NCBI GenBank assembly: GCA_008638205.1
Contig: VTPO01000002.1
Coordinates: forward strand, 19,802-83,801
Direction of reading: 5' to 3'
DNA from: Pelagibacteraceae bacterium
GTDB lineage: Bacteria > Pseudomonadota > Alphaproteobacteria > Pelagibacterales > Pelagibacteraceae
Length of the DNA: 64,000 bases
Positions 29,464 to 39,944 of the stretch are shown one piece after another (the first letter of the stretch is position 1; every line of letters starts with the position of its first letter). A program made the position numbers and the translations under genes. The notes below the pieces were generated by a model. The model saw only the letters and a program-made list of their open reading frames with translations. It was not told where the DNA came from and ran no database searches.

Positions 29464-29976
29464 ATGACTAAAAAAAACAATTATAATTATCAAGAGCTTC
29501 TTGACTGTGGCAATGGTAGAATGTTTGGTGAGGGCAATGCAAAACTACCTGTTCCACCCATGCTCATGTTTGACCGCATCACAACTATAAATAATAATGC
29601 AGGAGATTACAGTAAAGGGTTAATAGAAGCAGAGTTAGATATCAAAAAAGACTTATGGTTTTTTGATTGTCATTTTATAAATGATCCTGTTATGCCTGGA
29701 TGTTTAGGTTTAGATGCTATGTGGCAATTGGTTGGGTTTTTCTTGGGTTGGGATGGAAATCCTGGAAAAGGCAGGGCCTTAGGAGTAGCAGAAGTAAAAT
29801 TTACTGGAGAGGTAACCCAAGACATTACCTTGGCTAAATACGTAATTCATATGAAAAAAATTATGAAGAAAGGTGAGACTTCTGTTGGTCTTGCAGATGG
29901 TATGCTTTTGGCTGATAATAAGGAAATATATAAAGCTAAAAATTTAAAAGTAGGATTGTTTAAAGGAGGACAGTAG
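29464..29976 (+). CDS. fabA: 3-hydroxyacyl-ACP dehydratase/isomerase
   Basis: [20 protein letters not shown]. Confidence 0.97.
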   Translation: MTKKNNYNYQELLDCGNGRMFGEGNAKLPVPPMLMFDRITTINNNAGDYSKGLIEAELDIKKDLWFFDCHFINDPVMPGCLGLDAMWQLVGFFLGWDGNPGKGRALGVAEVKFTGEVTQDITLAKYVIHMKKIMKKGETSVGLADGMLLADNKEIYKAKNLKVGLFKGGQ

Positions 29977-31193
29977 TGAAAAGGGTAGTTATATCAGGAC
30001 TGGGAATTGTTTCTTGTTTGGGAAATAATCAAGAAGAAGTTTACCAATCTCTCTTAAATGGAAAATCAGGTATTTCACTCTGCGATGAGTACAAAGAGTA
30101 TAATTTAAAAAGCCATATTCATGGAAAGCCAAACATAAAATTGGAGGATCATATAGACAGAAAGACCATACGATTTATGGGGGCGGGTTCTGCATACAAC
30201 TATATAGCCATGCAGGAAGCTATCAAAGATTCAGGCTTAGAAGACAAAGAAGTTAGTAATATTAACACAGGTATTATTATGGGTTCAGGTGGGCCCTCTA
30301 TTGAAAATGTGGTTCTGTCAGTAGATAAAACTAGAGCCAAAACACCCAAACTAATGGGTCCATTTATTGTCCCAAGAACTATGGCAAGTACCGCATCAGC
30401 TACTTTAGCCGTTCCTTTTAAAATTAAAGGAACCAACTATACGATAAGTTCAGCCTGCGCAACTAGTGGTCATGCCATTGGAAATGCTATGGAATTAATT
30501 CAATATGGTAAACAAAAAATTATGTTTGCTGGTGGTAGTGAGGAATTGCATTGGGCCATGACTGCTATGTTTGACGCGATGACTGCATTATCTTCAAAAT
30601 ACAATGACACTCCTGACAAAGCATCTAGAGCTTATGATAAAACAAGAGATGGTTTTGTGATTGCGGGGGGAGGTGGTGTATTAGTTTTAGAGGAATTAGA
30701 ACATGCCAAAGCGAGAGGGGCAAAAATTTATGCTGAATTAACAGGATATGGAGCAACCTCAGATGGGTATGATATGGTAGCCCCTTCTGGTGAAGGTGCT
30801 GTTCGATGTATGAATATGGCACTAAGTACTACTAAAAATAAAATAGATTATATCAATACGCATGGCACTTCTACTCCCGTGGGAGATGTTACGGAGTTGA
30901 GATCTGTTGCTGAAGTATTTAAAGATAAAATTCCAAAAATTAGTTCTACAAAATCTTTATCTGGCCATCCTCTAGGAGCAGCTTCAGTTCATGAAGCTAT
31001 TTATTGTTTAATTATGATGAAGAATAAATTTATTGCAGCCTCTGCCAATATTGGAGAGATGGATGATGAAACAAAAAAATTCCCTATCGTTACAGAAGTT
31101 CTAAAAAATGTAGAACTTAATGCGGTTATGTCTAACAGCTTTGGCTTCGGGGGAACTAATGCGGCACTAGTATTTGAGAAATTATCATCATGA
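29976..31193 (+). CDS. fabB: 3-oxoacyl-ACP synthase I
   Basis: Cys-His-His triad in SACATS, THGTST and GHPLGA; follows fabA. Confidence 0.95.
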   Translation: MKRVVISGLGIVSCLGNNQEEVYQSLLNGKSGISLCDEYKEYNLKSHIHGKPNIKLEDHIDRKTIRFMGAGSAYNYIAMQEAIKDSGLEDKEVSNINTGIIMGSGGPSIENVVLSVDKTRAKTPKLMGPFIVPRTMASTASATLAVPFKIKGTNYTISSACATSGHAIGNAMELIQYGKQKIMFAGGSEELHWAMTAMFDAMTALSSKYNDTPDKASRAYDKTRDGFVIAGGGGVLVLEELEHAKARGAKIYAELTGYGATSDGYDMVAPSGEGAVRCMNMALSTTKNKIDYINTHGTSTPVGDVTELRSVAEVFKDKIPKISSTKSLSGHPLGAASVHEAIYCLIMMKNKFIAASANIGEMDDETKKFPIVTEVLKNVELNAVMSNSFGFGGTNAALVFEKLSS

Positions 31194-31978
31194 AATTATT
31201 AGAAAATAAAAAAGGCTTGATTATGGGAGTTGCTAACGATCGTTCGATCGCATGGGGGATTGCACAAAAATTATCTGAACATGGCGCAGAATTAGCTTTT
31301 ACTTATGTTGGAGACGCACTTAAAAAAAGAGTTATTCCACTTGCAGAATCTTTGGGATCTAAATTTACTTTAGATTGCAATGTGGAAAATAAAGAACAAA
31401 TTGTTAAAACTTTTTCAGATATTAAAAAAGAGTGGGGTAGCATAGACTTTGTTATCCATGCCGTTGCTTTTTCAGATAAGTCAGAACTCAGTGGTGAATA
31501 CTTAGATACTTCTAGAGAAAATTTTTTAAAGAGTATGTTAATTTCATGTTTTTCATTCACGGAAGTTGCTAAAGAAGCGGCTCCTATTATGAATGAAGGT
31601 GGAAGCATGCTAACCTTAACGTATGAGTCTACTAAAGTTATTCCAAACTATAATGTCATGGGAGTTTGCAAGTCTGCATTAGAAACAAGCACCAAATATT
31701 TAGCAAGAGACCTCGGTGGAAAAGGAATTAGAGTAAATGCTATTAGTGCAGGTCCTATTAAAACATTAGCAGCTTCTGCTATAGGAGATGCTAAATTTTT
31801 ATATAAATGGAATGCAGATCACTCTTTGTTAAAAAGAAACGTAGACATACATGATGTTGGAAATTCTGCATTATACCTAGTAAGCGATCTATCAGGTGGT
31901 GTAACGGGTGAAATTCACTATGTAGATGCTGGATACAATAAAGTTGGTATGCCAGATCCTAAAAATATTACTTCCTAA
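31190..31978 (+). CDS. fabI: Enoyl-ACP reductase
   Basis: [19 protein letters not shown] and SAGPIKT. Confidence 0.95.
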   Translation: MKLLENKKGLIMGVANDRSIAWGIAQKLSEHGAELAFTYVGDALKKRVIPLAESLGSKFTLDCNVENKEQIVKTFSDIKKEWGSIDFVIHAVAFSDKSELSGEYLDTSRENFLKSMLISCFSFTEVAKEAAPIMNEGGSMLTLTYESTKVIPNYNVMGVCKSALETSTKYLARDLGGKGIRVNAISAGPIKTLAASAIGDAKFLYKWNADHSLLKRNVDIHDVGNSALYLVSDLSGGVTGEIHYVDAGYNKVGMPDPKNITS

Positions 31979-31987
31979 TTTTAAATT

Positions 31988-32452
31988 GTGAAAAATATTA
32001 GAAGATCTTTTTTAAAATTATTAGGATTTTCCTATCTATCAGCAATTTTACTACCTTATAATTTGGCACATTCTGCTGCTAAAAAAATTATTAATCCAAA
32101 TCTTACGGAAGAACAAAAAAAAATTATGCTTGATCAGGCAACTGAAAAGCCATTTTCCAGTCCTTTAAATTTTGAAAAAAGAAAAGGGTTCTTCCATTGT
32201 GCCAATTGTGATGCAAAGCTTTTTTCATCAGACGCTAAATTTGATAGTGGGACTGGTTGGCCGTCTTTTTCTGAATCTTTGCCTGGTGCTTTCAAAACTA
32301 CCATTGATTATTCATTTGGAATGAAAAGAATTGAATATTATTGCGCTAATTGCGGTGTGCATCACGGCCATGTATTTGATGATGGACCAACTTCAACCCA
32401 AAAAAGGTTTTGTAGTAATGGGTTATGTTTAATCTTTAAACCAGAAATTTAG
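31988..32452 (+). CDS. msrB: Methionine-R-sulfoxide reductase with Tat signal peptide
   Basis: DSGTGWPSF, two CANC Zn motifs, HGHVF and RFCSNG; N-terminal RRSFLK. Confidence 0.92.
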   Translation: MKNIRRSFLKLLGFSYLSAILLPYNLAHSAAKKIINPNLTEEQKKIMLDQATEKPFSSPLNFEKRKGFFHCANCDAKLFSSDAKFDSGTGWPSFSESLPGAFKTTIDYSFGMKRIEYYCANCGVHHGHVFDDGPTSTQKRFCSNGLCLIFKPEI

Positions 32453-32497
32453 TTTAAATTTATTAAATAATTAAGGGTCGTTCTGTTGCCCGGTGCC

Positions 32498-34585
32498 CTA
32501 GTCTGACTTTGTATCTTCTGTTACTTCTTTCATAGAAAGTTTAACTTTTCCTCGGTCAAACCCTACTACTTTTACAGAAACTTCATCGCCTTCTTTGACA
32601 ACATCAGAAACATTTTCTACTCTCTTGGCTGCAAGCTGAGATATATGAACTAGTCCATCTTGCTTTCCTAAGAAATTGACAAATGCACCAAATTCCATAA
32701 TTTTTACCACTTTACCTTTGTAGATTTTTCCCATTTCTGGTTTGGCAACAATATCTTTAACCATTTGCACTGCCTTCATTCTAGATTCTTCGTCAGCAGC
32801 TGCAATAGTAACCATACCATCATCATTGATATCTAATTTAGCACCTGAAAGTTCCACAATTTCTCTAATTGTAGCTCCACCTTTTCCAATCACTGCGGCG
32901 ATATCTTTTTTATCAACTTGAATTTTTTCCATCTTAGGAGTGTTTTTAGAAAGCTCAGTTCTAGATTCTTTTAAAGCTTTTGCCATCTCCCCTAAAATAT
33001 GAATTCTTCCTTCTTTGGCTTGATCTAAAGCTTTCTCCATAATGTCAAATGTGATTCCTGTAATCTTGATATCCATTTGAAGAGAAGTAATTCCATCTTT
33101 AGTTCCCGCTACTTTAAAGTCCATATCTCCAAGATGATCTTCATCTCCCAAAATATCACTAAGGATTGAATAGTCATCACCCTCTTTAATAAGTCCCATT
33201 GCGATACCAGCAATTGGTGTTTTAATCGGTACACCTGCATCCATAAGTGCAAGCGATGCTCCACATACAGTTGCCATAGAAGATGAGCCATTTGATTCTG
33301 TAATCTCAGATACAATTCTAAATGTGTAAGGAAATTCTTCTTTAGAAGGAAGTGAAGAATTAATTGCTCTCCATGCTAATTTACCATGGCCAATTTCTCT
33401 TCTTCCAGTTCCAATACGTCCAACTTCTCCAACAGAGTAAGGTGGGAAGTTATAATGAAGCATAAATCTTGATCGCTCCGCTCCATCTAAAGTTTCTAAT
33501 CTTTGCTCATCATCTGAAGTTCCTAGGGTAGTCACCACTAGAGCTTGTGTTTCTCCTCTTGTAAATAATGATGAACCATGCACTTTGGGTAAAACACCCA
33601 CTTCACATTTGATATCTCTAACTTCGTTTAGTTTTCTTCTATCAATTCTTTTTGAATCTTTTAAAATTTGTGTTCGTACAATTTTTTTCTCAACACTTTT
33701 GAATTGGTCTCCGATTTCAACTTTAGAATAAGTCTCATCGCCTTCAAACATAGCTGTTACTTTATCTTTAGCTGCAGCAACTAAACCAGTTCTAATTTGC
33801 TTGTCCGATTCATCGAAAGCTTTTTGCAAGTCATCTGCTACGGCAGAAGAAATTTTACTTTTAAGCTCAGAATAATCTTTCTCTTCTATTTTCCATCTTT
33901 CTTTACCTGCCTCTTTTGCAAAATCTTTAATTAAATTAATGACCTCTTTAGCTTTGTCATGACCAAATTTAACCGCATCTAACATTTGTTTTTCTGATAG
34001 GCCTGAAGCTTCTGATTCAACCATCAAAACCGCATCTTCTGTACCAGCAACAATTAGTTCTAGCTGTGAATCTTTAATTTGCTCTTTGGTTGGGTTTAAA
34101 ACGAACTCTCCATTGATCATTCCTACTTTTGCAGCAGCTACAGGTCCCATAAAAGGAATTCCTGAAATAGCTAAAGCGGCAGAACTTGCAATTAATGCTA
34201 ATGCTTCTGGATCATTTTCTTTATCATAAGATATTACCGTAGGTAATACCTGAGTTTCATTTCTAAATGAACTTGGAAATAAAGGCCTGATAGGTCTATC
34301 AATCAATCTTGAAATTAATGTTTCAGCTTCTGTAGGTCTAGCTTCTCTTTTAAAGTAACCGCCTGGAATTTTTCCAGCTGCATAATATTTTTCTTGATAA
34401 TTAACTGTTAAGGGGAAAAAATCCATGTCTGGTTTTGCTTGTTTTGCTGCAACTGCAGTTGCCAAGATAACCGTTTCTCCGCAAGTAAGCATAACCGCTC
34501 CGTCAGCTTGACGAGCTACTCTACCTGTTTCTAATGTTAATTTTTTATCGCCCCAAGTAATTTCTTTTTTTGTGATGTTGAACAT
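32498..34585 (-). CDS. pnp: Polyribonucleotide nucleotidyltransferase
   Basis: FFPLTVNY, RRx[13 protein letters not shown] and DMDFKVAG, plus KH and S1 domains. Confidence 0.98.
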   Translation of the reverse strand: MFNITKKEITWGDKKLTLETGRVARQADGAVMLTCGETVILATAVAAKQAKPDMDFFPLTVNYQEKYYAAGKIPGGYFKREARPTEAETLISRLIDRPIRPLFPSSFRNETQVLPTVISYDKENDPEALALIASSAALAISGIPFMGPVAAAKVGMINGEFVLNPTKEQIKDSQLELIVAGTEDAVLMVESEASGLSEKQMLDAVKFGHDKAKEVINLIKDFAKEAGKERWKIEEKDYSELKSKISSAVADDLQKAFDESDKQIRTGLVAAAKDKVTAMFEGDETYSKVEIGDQFKSVEKKIVRTQILKDSKRIDRRKLNEVRDIKCEVGVLPKVHGSSLFTRGETQALVVTTLGTSDDEQRLETLDGAERSRFMLHYNFPPYSVGEVGRIGTGRREIGHGKLAWRAINSSLPSKEEFPYTFRIVSEITESNGSSSMATVCGASLALMDAGVPIKTPIAGIAMGLIKEGDDYSILSDILGDEDHLGDMDFKVAGTKDGITSLQMDIKITGITFDIMEKALDQAKEGRIHILGEMAKALKESRTELSKNTPKMEKIQVDKKDIAAVIGKGGATIREIVELSGAKLDINDDGMVTIAAADEESRMKAVQMVKDIVAKPEMGKIYKGKVVKIMEFGAFVNFLGKQDGLVHISQLAAKRVENVSDVVKEGDEVSVKVVGFDRGKVKLSMKEVTEDTKSD

Positions 34586-34591
34586 AAGTTT

Positions 34592-34861
34592 CTATTTACG
34601 CAAACCTAACTGCTCTAAGACTTTCTTGTAAATAGATGGCTCTTTTTTGCTCAAATATTCTAGTAATTTTTTTCTTCGAGTAATTATTCTGCTTAATCCT
34701 GTGTTTGAGTGTTTATCTTTTTTGTTTTTAGCAAAGTGCTCTGATAGGTATTTAACTCTCTCAGTTAAAATACCGATTTGAACTTCTGATGAACCGACGT
34801 CGGTTTTGTGTTTTTGCAATGATGCAATCACTTCTTTTTTTTCAATTTTTTTCTTTGGCAT
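34592..34861 (-). CDS. rpsO: 30S ribosomal protein S15
   Basis: DVGSSEVQI, KDKHS..GL and LGLRK. Confidence 0.96.
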   Translation of the reverse strand: MPKKKIEKKEVIASLQKHKTDVGSSEVQIGILTERVKYLSEHFAKNKKDKHSNTGLSRIITRRKKLLEYLSKKEPSIYKKVLEQLGLRK

Positions 34862-34867
34862 AATCCT

Positions 34868-35746
34868 TTATATATTTAAAATTCTTTTGGGATAAAAAAA
34901 TCCAGACTTTAATTCTCCGAATGCGAGTACCTGGCTTTGATTTTGGGCAATTAAACTCTTAATATTTACTTCTCCAAACTCTTCCAACATGCTTACTTTC
35001 ATTCCGTTTTTAATAAGCTTTATTCTTTCATCTTCTAATTTTATGGATGGTATATGTATTAAAACCTTTCGAATATCAAGTAAGTATTTATAAAAGTTCT
35101 CTTTTTCAACGTTTTTTACTAAAAAATCCATAGTGAGTGTATTTTTTTTTGAGAAATGACTATATCTGCTTCTTAAGATTTTAGACGCATAACCAAAAGT
35201 ATTTAAAGCATAAGCCAAATCTCTGGCTAAACTTCTCACATAAGTTCCTGACCCACAACTAACCAAGAAGGATGTTTTGTTTTCATGATGAGAGACAACT
35301 CTCAAATTAAAAATAGTTACTTTTTGTGGCTTTAGTTCAAATTCCTCATTATTTCTTGCTAGGTCATAGCATCTCTTTCCGTTAATTTTTTTAGCTGAAA
35401 ATTTGGGAGGGATTTGATCAATCTGTCCAATAAATAAATGCAGCACTTTGTTAATTTCTTTTAGAGAAGGAATAATTTTAGATACATTGGTAGTTACTCC
35501 CTCCGAATCTAGTGTGTTTGTTTCTTCGCCCCAAAAAACTTCAAACAAATAATTTTTTTTTGCTTCCGCTAGATAAGGAATAGACTTCGTCGCCTCACCA
35601 ATAGCTATTGGCAATACTCCTTCTGCTAATGGATCTAGTGTTCCAGCATGACCAATTTTTTTTAACTTAAATTTTGATTTAAGAACATTTAAACAATAAG
35701 TTGAGGTGTAGCCTTTGGGTTTGTAAATATTAATCCAACCATTCAT
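34868..35746 (-). CDS. truB: tRNA pseudouridine(55) synthase
   Basis: GHAGTLDPLA, PPKFSA and GTYVRSLARD. Confidence 0.96.
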   Translation of the reverse strand: MNGWINIYKPKGYTSTYCLNVLKSKFKLKKIGHAGTLDPLAEGVLPIAIGEATKSIPYLAEAKKNYLFEVFWGEETNTLDSEGVTTNVSKIIPSLKEINKVLHLFIGQIDQIPPKFSAKKINGKRCYDLARNNEEFELKPQKVTIFNLRVVSHHENKTSFLVSCGSGTYVRSLARDLAYALNTFGYASKILRSRYSHFSKKNTLTMDFLVKNVEKENFYKYLLDIRKVLIHIPSIKLEDERIKLIKNGMKVSMLEEFGEVNIKSLIAQNQSQVLAFGELKSGFFYPKRILNI

Positions 35747-36120
35747 TTTGGTTCTAGGTTAGTGGAAATTAATTTTTCAATATTTTCAGCATAATCAAAT
35801 GATTTATCAAGAACAAACCTTAAATCCGGTAAAAATTTTGCAGTCCAAGAACTCTTTACTCTTTTTTTAACTTCGTATGAAAATTGGTTTAAAGTTTTAA
35901 AAGCGATCTCTGATTTATCTCCAGAAAGAGGAATAAAATAAACTATAGCGTGTCTTAAATCTGGACTAACCCTAACTTCTGTAATGGTAATATTTCTTGT
36001 TGAAATGTCGGGAAGAACTATTTGATCTTTAATGAAAATATTGGCTATAATTTTTTTTAAATTTTCGCCTGCTTTTAGTTGTCTTTGAGTTAATGGTTTT
36101 GAAGTATTCTCATAATCCAT
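35743..36120 (-). CDS. rbfA: Ribosome-binding factor A
   Basis: ITEVRVSPDLRHA and PDLRFVLD; infB-rbfA-truB synteny. Confidence 0.93.
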   Translation of the reverse strand: MDYENTSKPLTQRQLKAGENLKKIIANIFIKDQIVLPDISTRNITITEVRVSPDLRHAIVYFIPLSGDKSEIAFKTLNQFSYEVKKRVKSSWTAKFLPDLRFVLDKSFDYAENIEKLISTNLEPK

Positions 36121-38303
36121 TAAATTTCTCTTTCAATTGTAATCGTCTTAAAGAATTCGATCACATCTCCTTTTTTAATATCATTGAAATCTTTAATAGA
36201 AACACCGCATTCCAAGCCTGCTTTTACTTCTTTTGCTTCATTCTTTTCTCTAAAGAGACTATTCACTTTACCTGTATAAACAACGGCACCATCTCGAAGC
36301 AATCTTAGCTCGGAATTGTTTTTTATTTCACCCTCTGTCACTTTAACACCAGCAACTTTACCAGCTTTCGAAACGCTGAATACTTCTAATACTTCGCAAG
36401 TTCCTTGGCCTTGCTCTTCTGTCTCTGGAGCTAACAAGCCAGATATTTTTTTGGTTATATGATCTAATGCTTCATAAATTATATTAAAGTAAAGTATTTC
36501 TAATTTATAACTTCTAGCTAAATCTTTTGCTTCCTTATTTGGTCTAATATTAAAGCCTAATAAAATAGCATTTGAAGCTTTTGCTAAAGTGACATCTGTT
36601 TCTGTGACAGGTCCAACTGCTGATAAAATAATTTTTGTTTTAATATTTTCAATTTTAATTTTTTCAATTGCATTAGCTAGAGCTTCTAAAGAGCCATTAA
36701 CGTCGGTTTTTAAAATAATATTATATTCTTCTTCTGGATCAGCCTCTCCAAAAATATCTGTTTTTTTATTACCCGCTAATTTTTTATTTTTTAACTCTTG
36801 TTGTCTATACTCTACGATTTCTTCAACTTTAGAGTCATTTTCAACAACAACAAAATCATCTCCTGCATTAGGGGCTCCCTGGAAGCCTACAATTTCAACC
36901 GGTGTTGACGGACCTGCTTCATTAATCAAATCTCCTTTATAATTATAAATAGCTCTTACTTTTCCGTTAGAGGCTCCACTAACGAACAAATCTCCTTTTT
37001 TTAAAGTCCCTTTGACAATTAAAACTGTAGAAACTGGACCTCTTCCTTTATCTAATCTTGATTCAACTACAACACCTGCGGCTGCAATCGAAGGATCTGC
37101 TTTCATATCTAAAATTTCTGATTGTAATAGAATCAACTCTTTCAATTTATCTAAATTAGTTTTTTTTAATGCAGATATTTCTACGCTCAAAACATCTCCT
37201 CCCATTTCTTCAACGATCAGTTCATGTTCTAGAAGTTGGTTTCTAACCTTTGCGGGATCTGCGCCTTGTAAATCACATTTATTAATGGCAACAATAATAG
37301 GCACTTGTGCCGCTTTAGCATGTTGAATAGCCTCTATTGTTTGAGGTTTAATTCCATCATTGGCTGCAACAACTAAAATAACAATATCTGTAATCTTGGA
37401 TCCTCTGGCTCTCATTTCTGTAAACGCAGCATGTCCAGGAGTATCTATAAATGTAATCAAATTTTTATCATTCACATTTACTTGGTAAGCTCCTATGTGC
37501 TGAGTAATACCTCCATGCTCTGAATTCACTACACTTGTATCTCTTAAAGAGTCTAGAAGAGATGTTTTTCCATGATCAACGTGCCCCATTACAGTGACAA
37601 CTGGCGGTCTAGAAACTGCATTTTCTAAGTCTTTATCCTTAGATAGAATGTCTTTCAGTAACTGATCTGGCTCTTCTTCTATAAGAATTTCGTGTCCAAA
37701 TTCTTTTACAATAAATTCTGCTGTGTCTTGGTCAATCGTATGATTAATGGTTACTTTTACATTTTTAGTTAATAGATATTTAATAACCGCACTGGCTCTT
37801 TCTGCCATTCTATTAGCTAATTCTTGAATGGTAATAACTTTTGGAATTTTAACTTGTCTGATTACTTTTTGCCCGTCTGTATCTTGATTACTTTGTTTTT
37901 TAAAAAGTTTTTCTCTGGATCTTTTTACTGCCGCAAGACTTCTGACTTGAACCTCTTCTTCTTCTGATAGTGCTTTGGTAACCGTTAAACGATACTCTCT
38001 TTTTTTCCCAGCTGCTTTTTTATCGGCTTTTTTAGATAGCTCTTCTTGAATCTTTATTTTTGCCCACTCTTTAGCTGATTTAGGCTTTTCAGGACTCTTT
38101 ATGGTTTTGGGTGTCGGTGAAGGTTTACTCTCAGGAGTAGTTGTACTATCCGATTTCTCGATTGCAGGATTGGGAACTTTTGGTTCTTCTTTTTTACCAA
38201 AAATAGCAGATGTTTTTTGTGCTTGTTTTTTATTTACCGAACTGGGCGCATTACCAGTAAAATTTTTTAGAGTTAATTTTTTTTTCTTTTCTTTCGTGCT
38301 CAT
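36120..38303 (-). CDS. infB: Translation initiation factor IF-2
   Basis: MGHVDHGKTSLLD, DTPGHAAF and NKCD; short N-terminus (727 aa). Confidence 0.98.
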   Translation of the reverse strand: MSTKEKKKKLTLKNFTGNAPSSVNKKQAQKTSAIFGKKEEPKVPNPAIEKSDSTTTPESKPSPTPKTIKSPEKPKSAKEWAKIKIQEELSKKADKKAAGKKREYRLTVTKALSEEEEVQVRSLAAVKRSREKLFKKQSNQDTDGQKVIRQVKIPKVITIQELANRMAERASAVIKYLLTKNVKVTINHTIDQDTAEFIVKEFGHEILIEEEPDQLLKDILSKDKDLENAVSRPPVVTVMGHVDHGKTSLLDSLRDTSVVNSEHGGITQHIGAYQVNVNDKNLITFIDTPGHAAFTEMRARGSKITDIVILVVAANDGIKPQTIEAIQHAKAAQVPIIVAINKCDLQGADPAKVRNQLLEHELIVEEMGGDVLSVEISALKKTNLDKLKELILLQSEILDMKADPSIAAAGVVVESRLDKGRGPVSTVLIVKGTLKKGDLFVSGASNGKVRAIYNYKGDLINEAGPSTPVEIVGFQGAPNAGDDFVVVENDSKVEEIVEYRQQELKNKKLAGNKKTDIFGEADPEEEYNIILKTDVNGSLEALANAIEKIKIENIKTKIILSAVGPVTETDVTLAKASNAILLGFNIRPNKEAKDLARSYKLEILYFNIIYEALDHITKKISGLLAPETEEQGQGTCEVLEVFSVSKAGKVAGVKVTEGEIKNNSELRLLRDGAVVYTGKVNSLFREKNEAKEVKAGLECGVSIKDFNDIKKGDVIEFFKTITIEREI

Positions 38304-38324
38304 TTTTATTCACCTCGGTATTCA

Positions 38325-39869
38325 TTAAATGTCGAAAACTTTTTTTCTAGCTCTCATAATCAGGTCATCAGCATCTTTTCTAGAAATATCAAACTCCTCA
38401 AGTATACCATCAAATTTTTCTCTTTTACCTTTGATTTCATCATATCCACCGATTAACTCATCCGTAGCCAATTCTGCAAAATCTTTTAGAGTTTTAATGT
38501 TATCCTCACCAAGAATTAAGAGCATTCCAAGACTAAGACCTTTGTGGGTAGCCAAATCATCTTCTATACCCAATTCTTTTACTTTTTTAGATACTTCCTC
38601 GGCTTCTTCTTGAATGAATTCTTTTGCTCTATTTTGAAGCTCTGTTGAAGTCTCTTCGTCAAAACCTTCTATTTTTAAAAACTCAGACAAATTTGCATTT
38701 GCGATTGCATTAATTGTAGGGAATCCTTCAGCCACAAGAAGTTGAGCCATAGTTGTATCTATCTCTAAACTCTTAACTAATTTTTCAGTGTTGTCTTTAA
38801 ATTCAGTCTGTCTTTTCTCTGATTCTTCCTTATCTGTAAGTATATCAATCTCATAATCTAATAGCTTAGATGCCAGTCGAACATTTTGACCGCGTCTTCC
38901 AATTGCTTTACTAAGATTGTCCTCGTCTATAACTACTTCAATTCTTCTATCATCTTCCGCAATAATAACTTTCATAACTTCAGCTGGAGATAAAGCGCTC
39001 TTAACTAAAGAAGATGCGTCTTCCGTCCAATTTATAATGTCAATTTTTTCTCCTTGCAATTCATTAACAATAGCTTGAACCCTACTACCTCTCATACCAA
39101 CGCAGGCACCAACTGGATCTATGGAACTATCTTTTGATTGAACGCATATTTTGGCTCTACTACCTGGATCTCTAGCAACTGATTTAATTCCAATTGTACC
39201 TTCATAAATTTCTGGAACTTCTTGATGAAATAATTTTGCTAAAAATTGTGGATGAGCTCTAGATAAAAATATCTGTGGTCCTTTGCTCTCTCTTCTTACA
39301 TCGTAGCAATAAGCTTTAATTCTATCTCCATTTTTTAAATTTTCTCTTGGAATAAGTTCTTCTCTTCTTATAATTGCTTCTGATTTTTGCAAATCTACAA
39401 TTACATTACCGTATTCAGATCTTTTAACTATACCACTTAAAATCTCTCCTACTTTATCTTTAAATTCTTCAAACTGCCTGTCTCTCTCAGCGTCTCTAAT
39501 CTGATGTGATATAACTTGTTTTGCAGTTTGCGCAGCTATTCGCCCAAAATCTACTGGTGGCAATTCTTCATTAACTATATCATCAATCTTGACATCACTG
39601 TTTTTTTCAAGCGCTTCCTCTAGCCCTATTTCAGAATGGGTATTCATGACTTTTTTAACTACTTTTAATTTTCTTCCAAGCTCAATTTTTCCCGTAGCTC
39701 TATCTATTACAACGTAAATTTCGTTTTCATTTCCATATCTAGTTTTGGCAGCTTTTTCTATGGCGCTTTCCATAGAGGTTAAAACTAAGTCTTTGCTTAT
39801 GGATTTCTCATCAGCAACAGCATCGGCTATTCTAATTAATTCAGTACTATCAATTCGATTATTTAGCAT
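38325..39869 (-). CDS. nusA: Transcription termination/antitermination factor NusA
   Basis: S1 and KH domains (ARDPGSRAK, GACVGMRGSR, AIGRRGQNVRLA) and C-terminal HhH repeats. Confidence 0.97.
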   Translation of the reverse strand: MLNNRIDSTELIRIADAVADEKSISKDLVLTSMESAIEKAAKTRYGNENEIYVVIDRATGKIELGRKLKVVKKVMNTHSEIGLEEALEKNSDVKIDDIVNEELPPVDFGRIAAQTAKQVISHQIRDAERDRQFEEFKDKVGEILSGIVKRSEYGNVIVDLQKSEAIIRREELIPRENLKNGDRIKAYCYDVRRESKGPQIFLSRAHPQFLAKLFHQEVPEIYEGTIGIKSVARDPGSRAKICVQSKDSSIDPVGACVGMRGSRVQAIVNELQGEKIDIINWTEDASSLVKSALSPAEVMKVIIAEDDRRIEVVIDEDNLSKAIGRRGQNVRLASKLLDYEIDILTDKEESEKRQTEFKDNTEKLVKSLEIDTTMAQLLVAEGFPTINAIANANLSEFLKIEGFDEETSTELQNRAKEFIQEEAEEVSKKVKELGIEDDLATHKGLSLGMLLILGEDNIKTLKDFAELATDELIGGYDEIKGKREKFDGILEEFDISRKDADDLIMRARKKVFDI

Positions 39870-39882
39870 TTTGATTTTTAGT

Positions 39883-39903
39883 AAAAAAAAAGGGCCTAAG
39901 CCC
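39883..39903 (-). terminator. Intrinsic-terminator-like element immediately upstream of nusA
   Basis: Minus strand GGGC-UUAG-GCCC followed by nine U, ending 13 nt before the nusA ATG. Confidence 0.7.
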
Positions 39904-39944
39904 GTTTCTTAATTTGTTAATTTTCCTGGAAATTACTCCAATAT

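Noticed and set aside
38100-38190. Pro/Ser/Thr/Lys-rich segment in IF2 as a repeat element
   Set aside because: It is a low-complexity linker typical of variable IF2 N-termini, with no exact DNA repeat.
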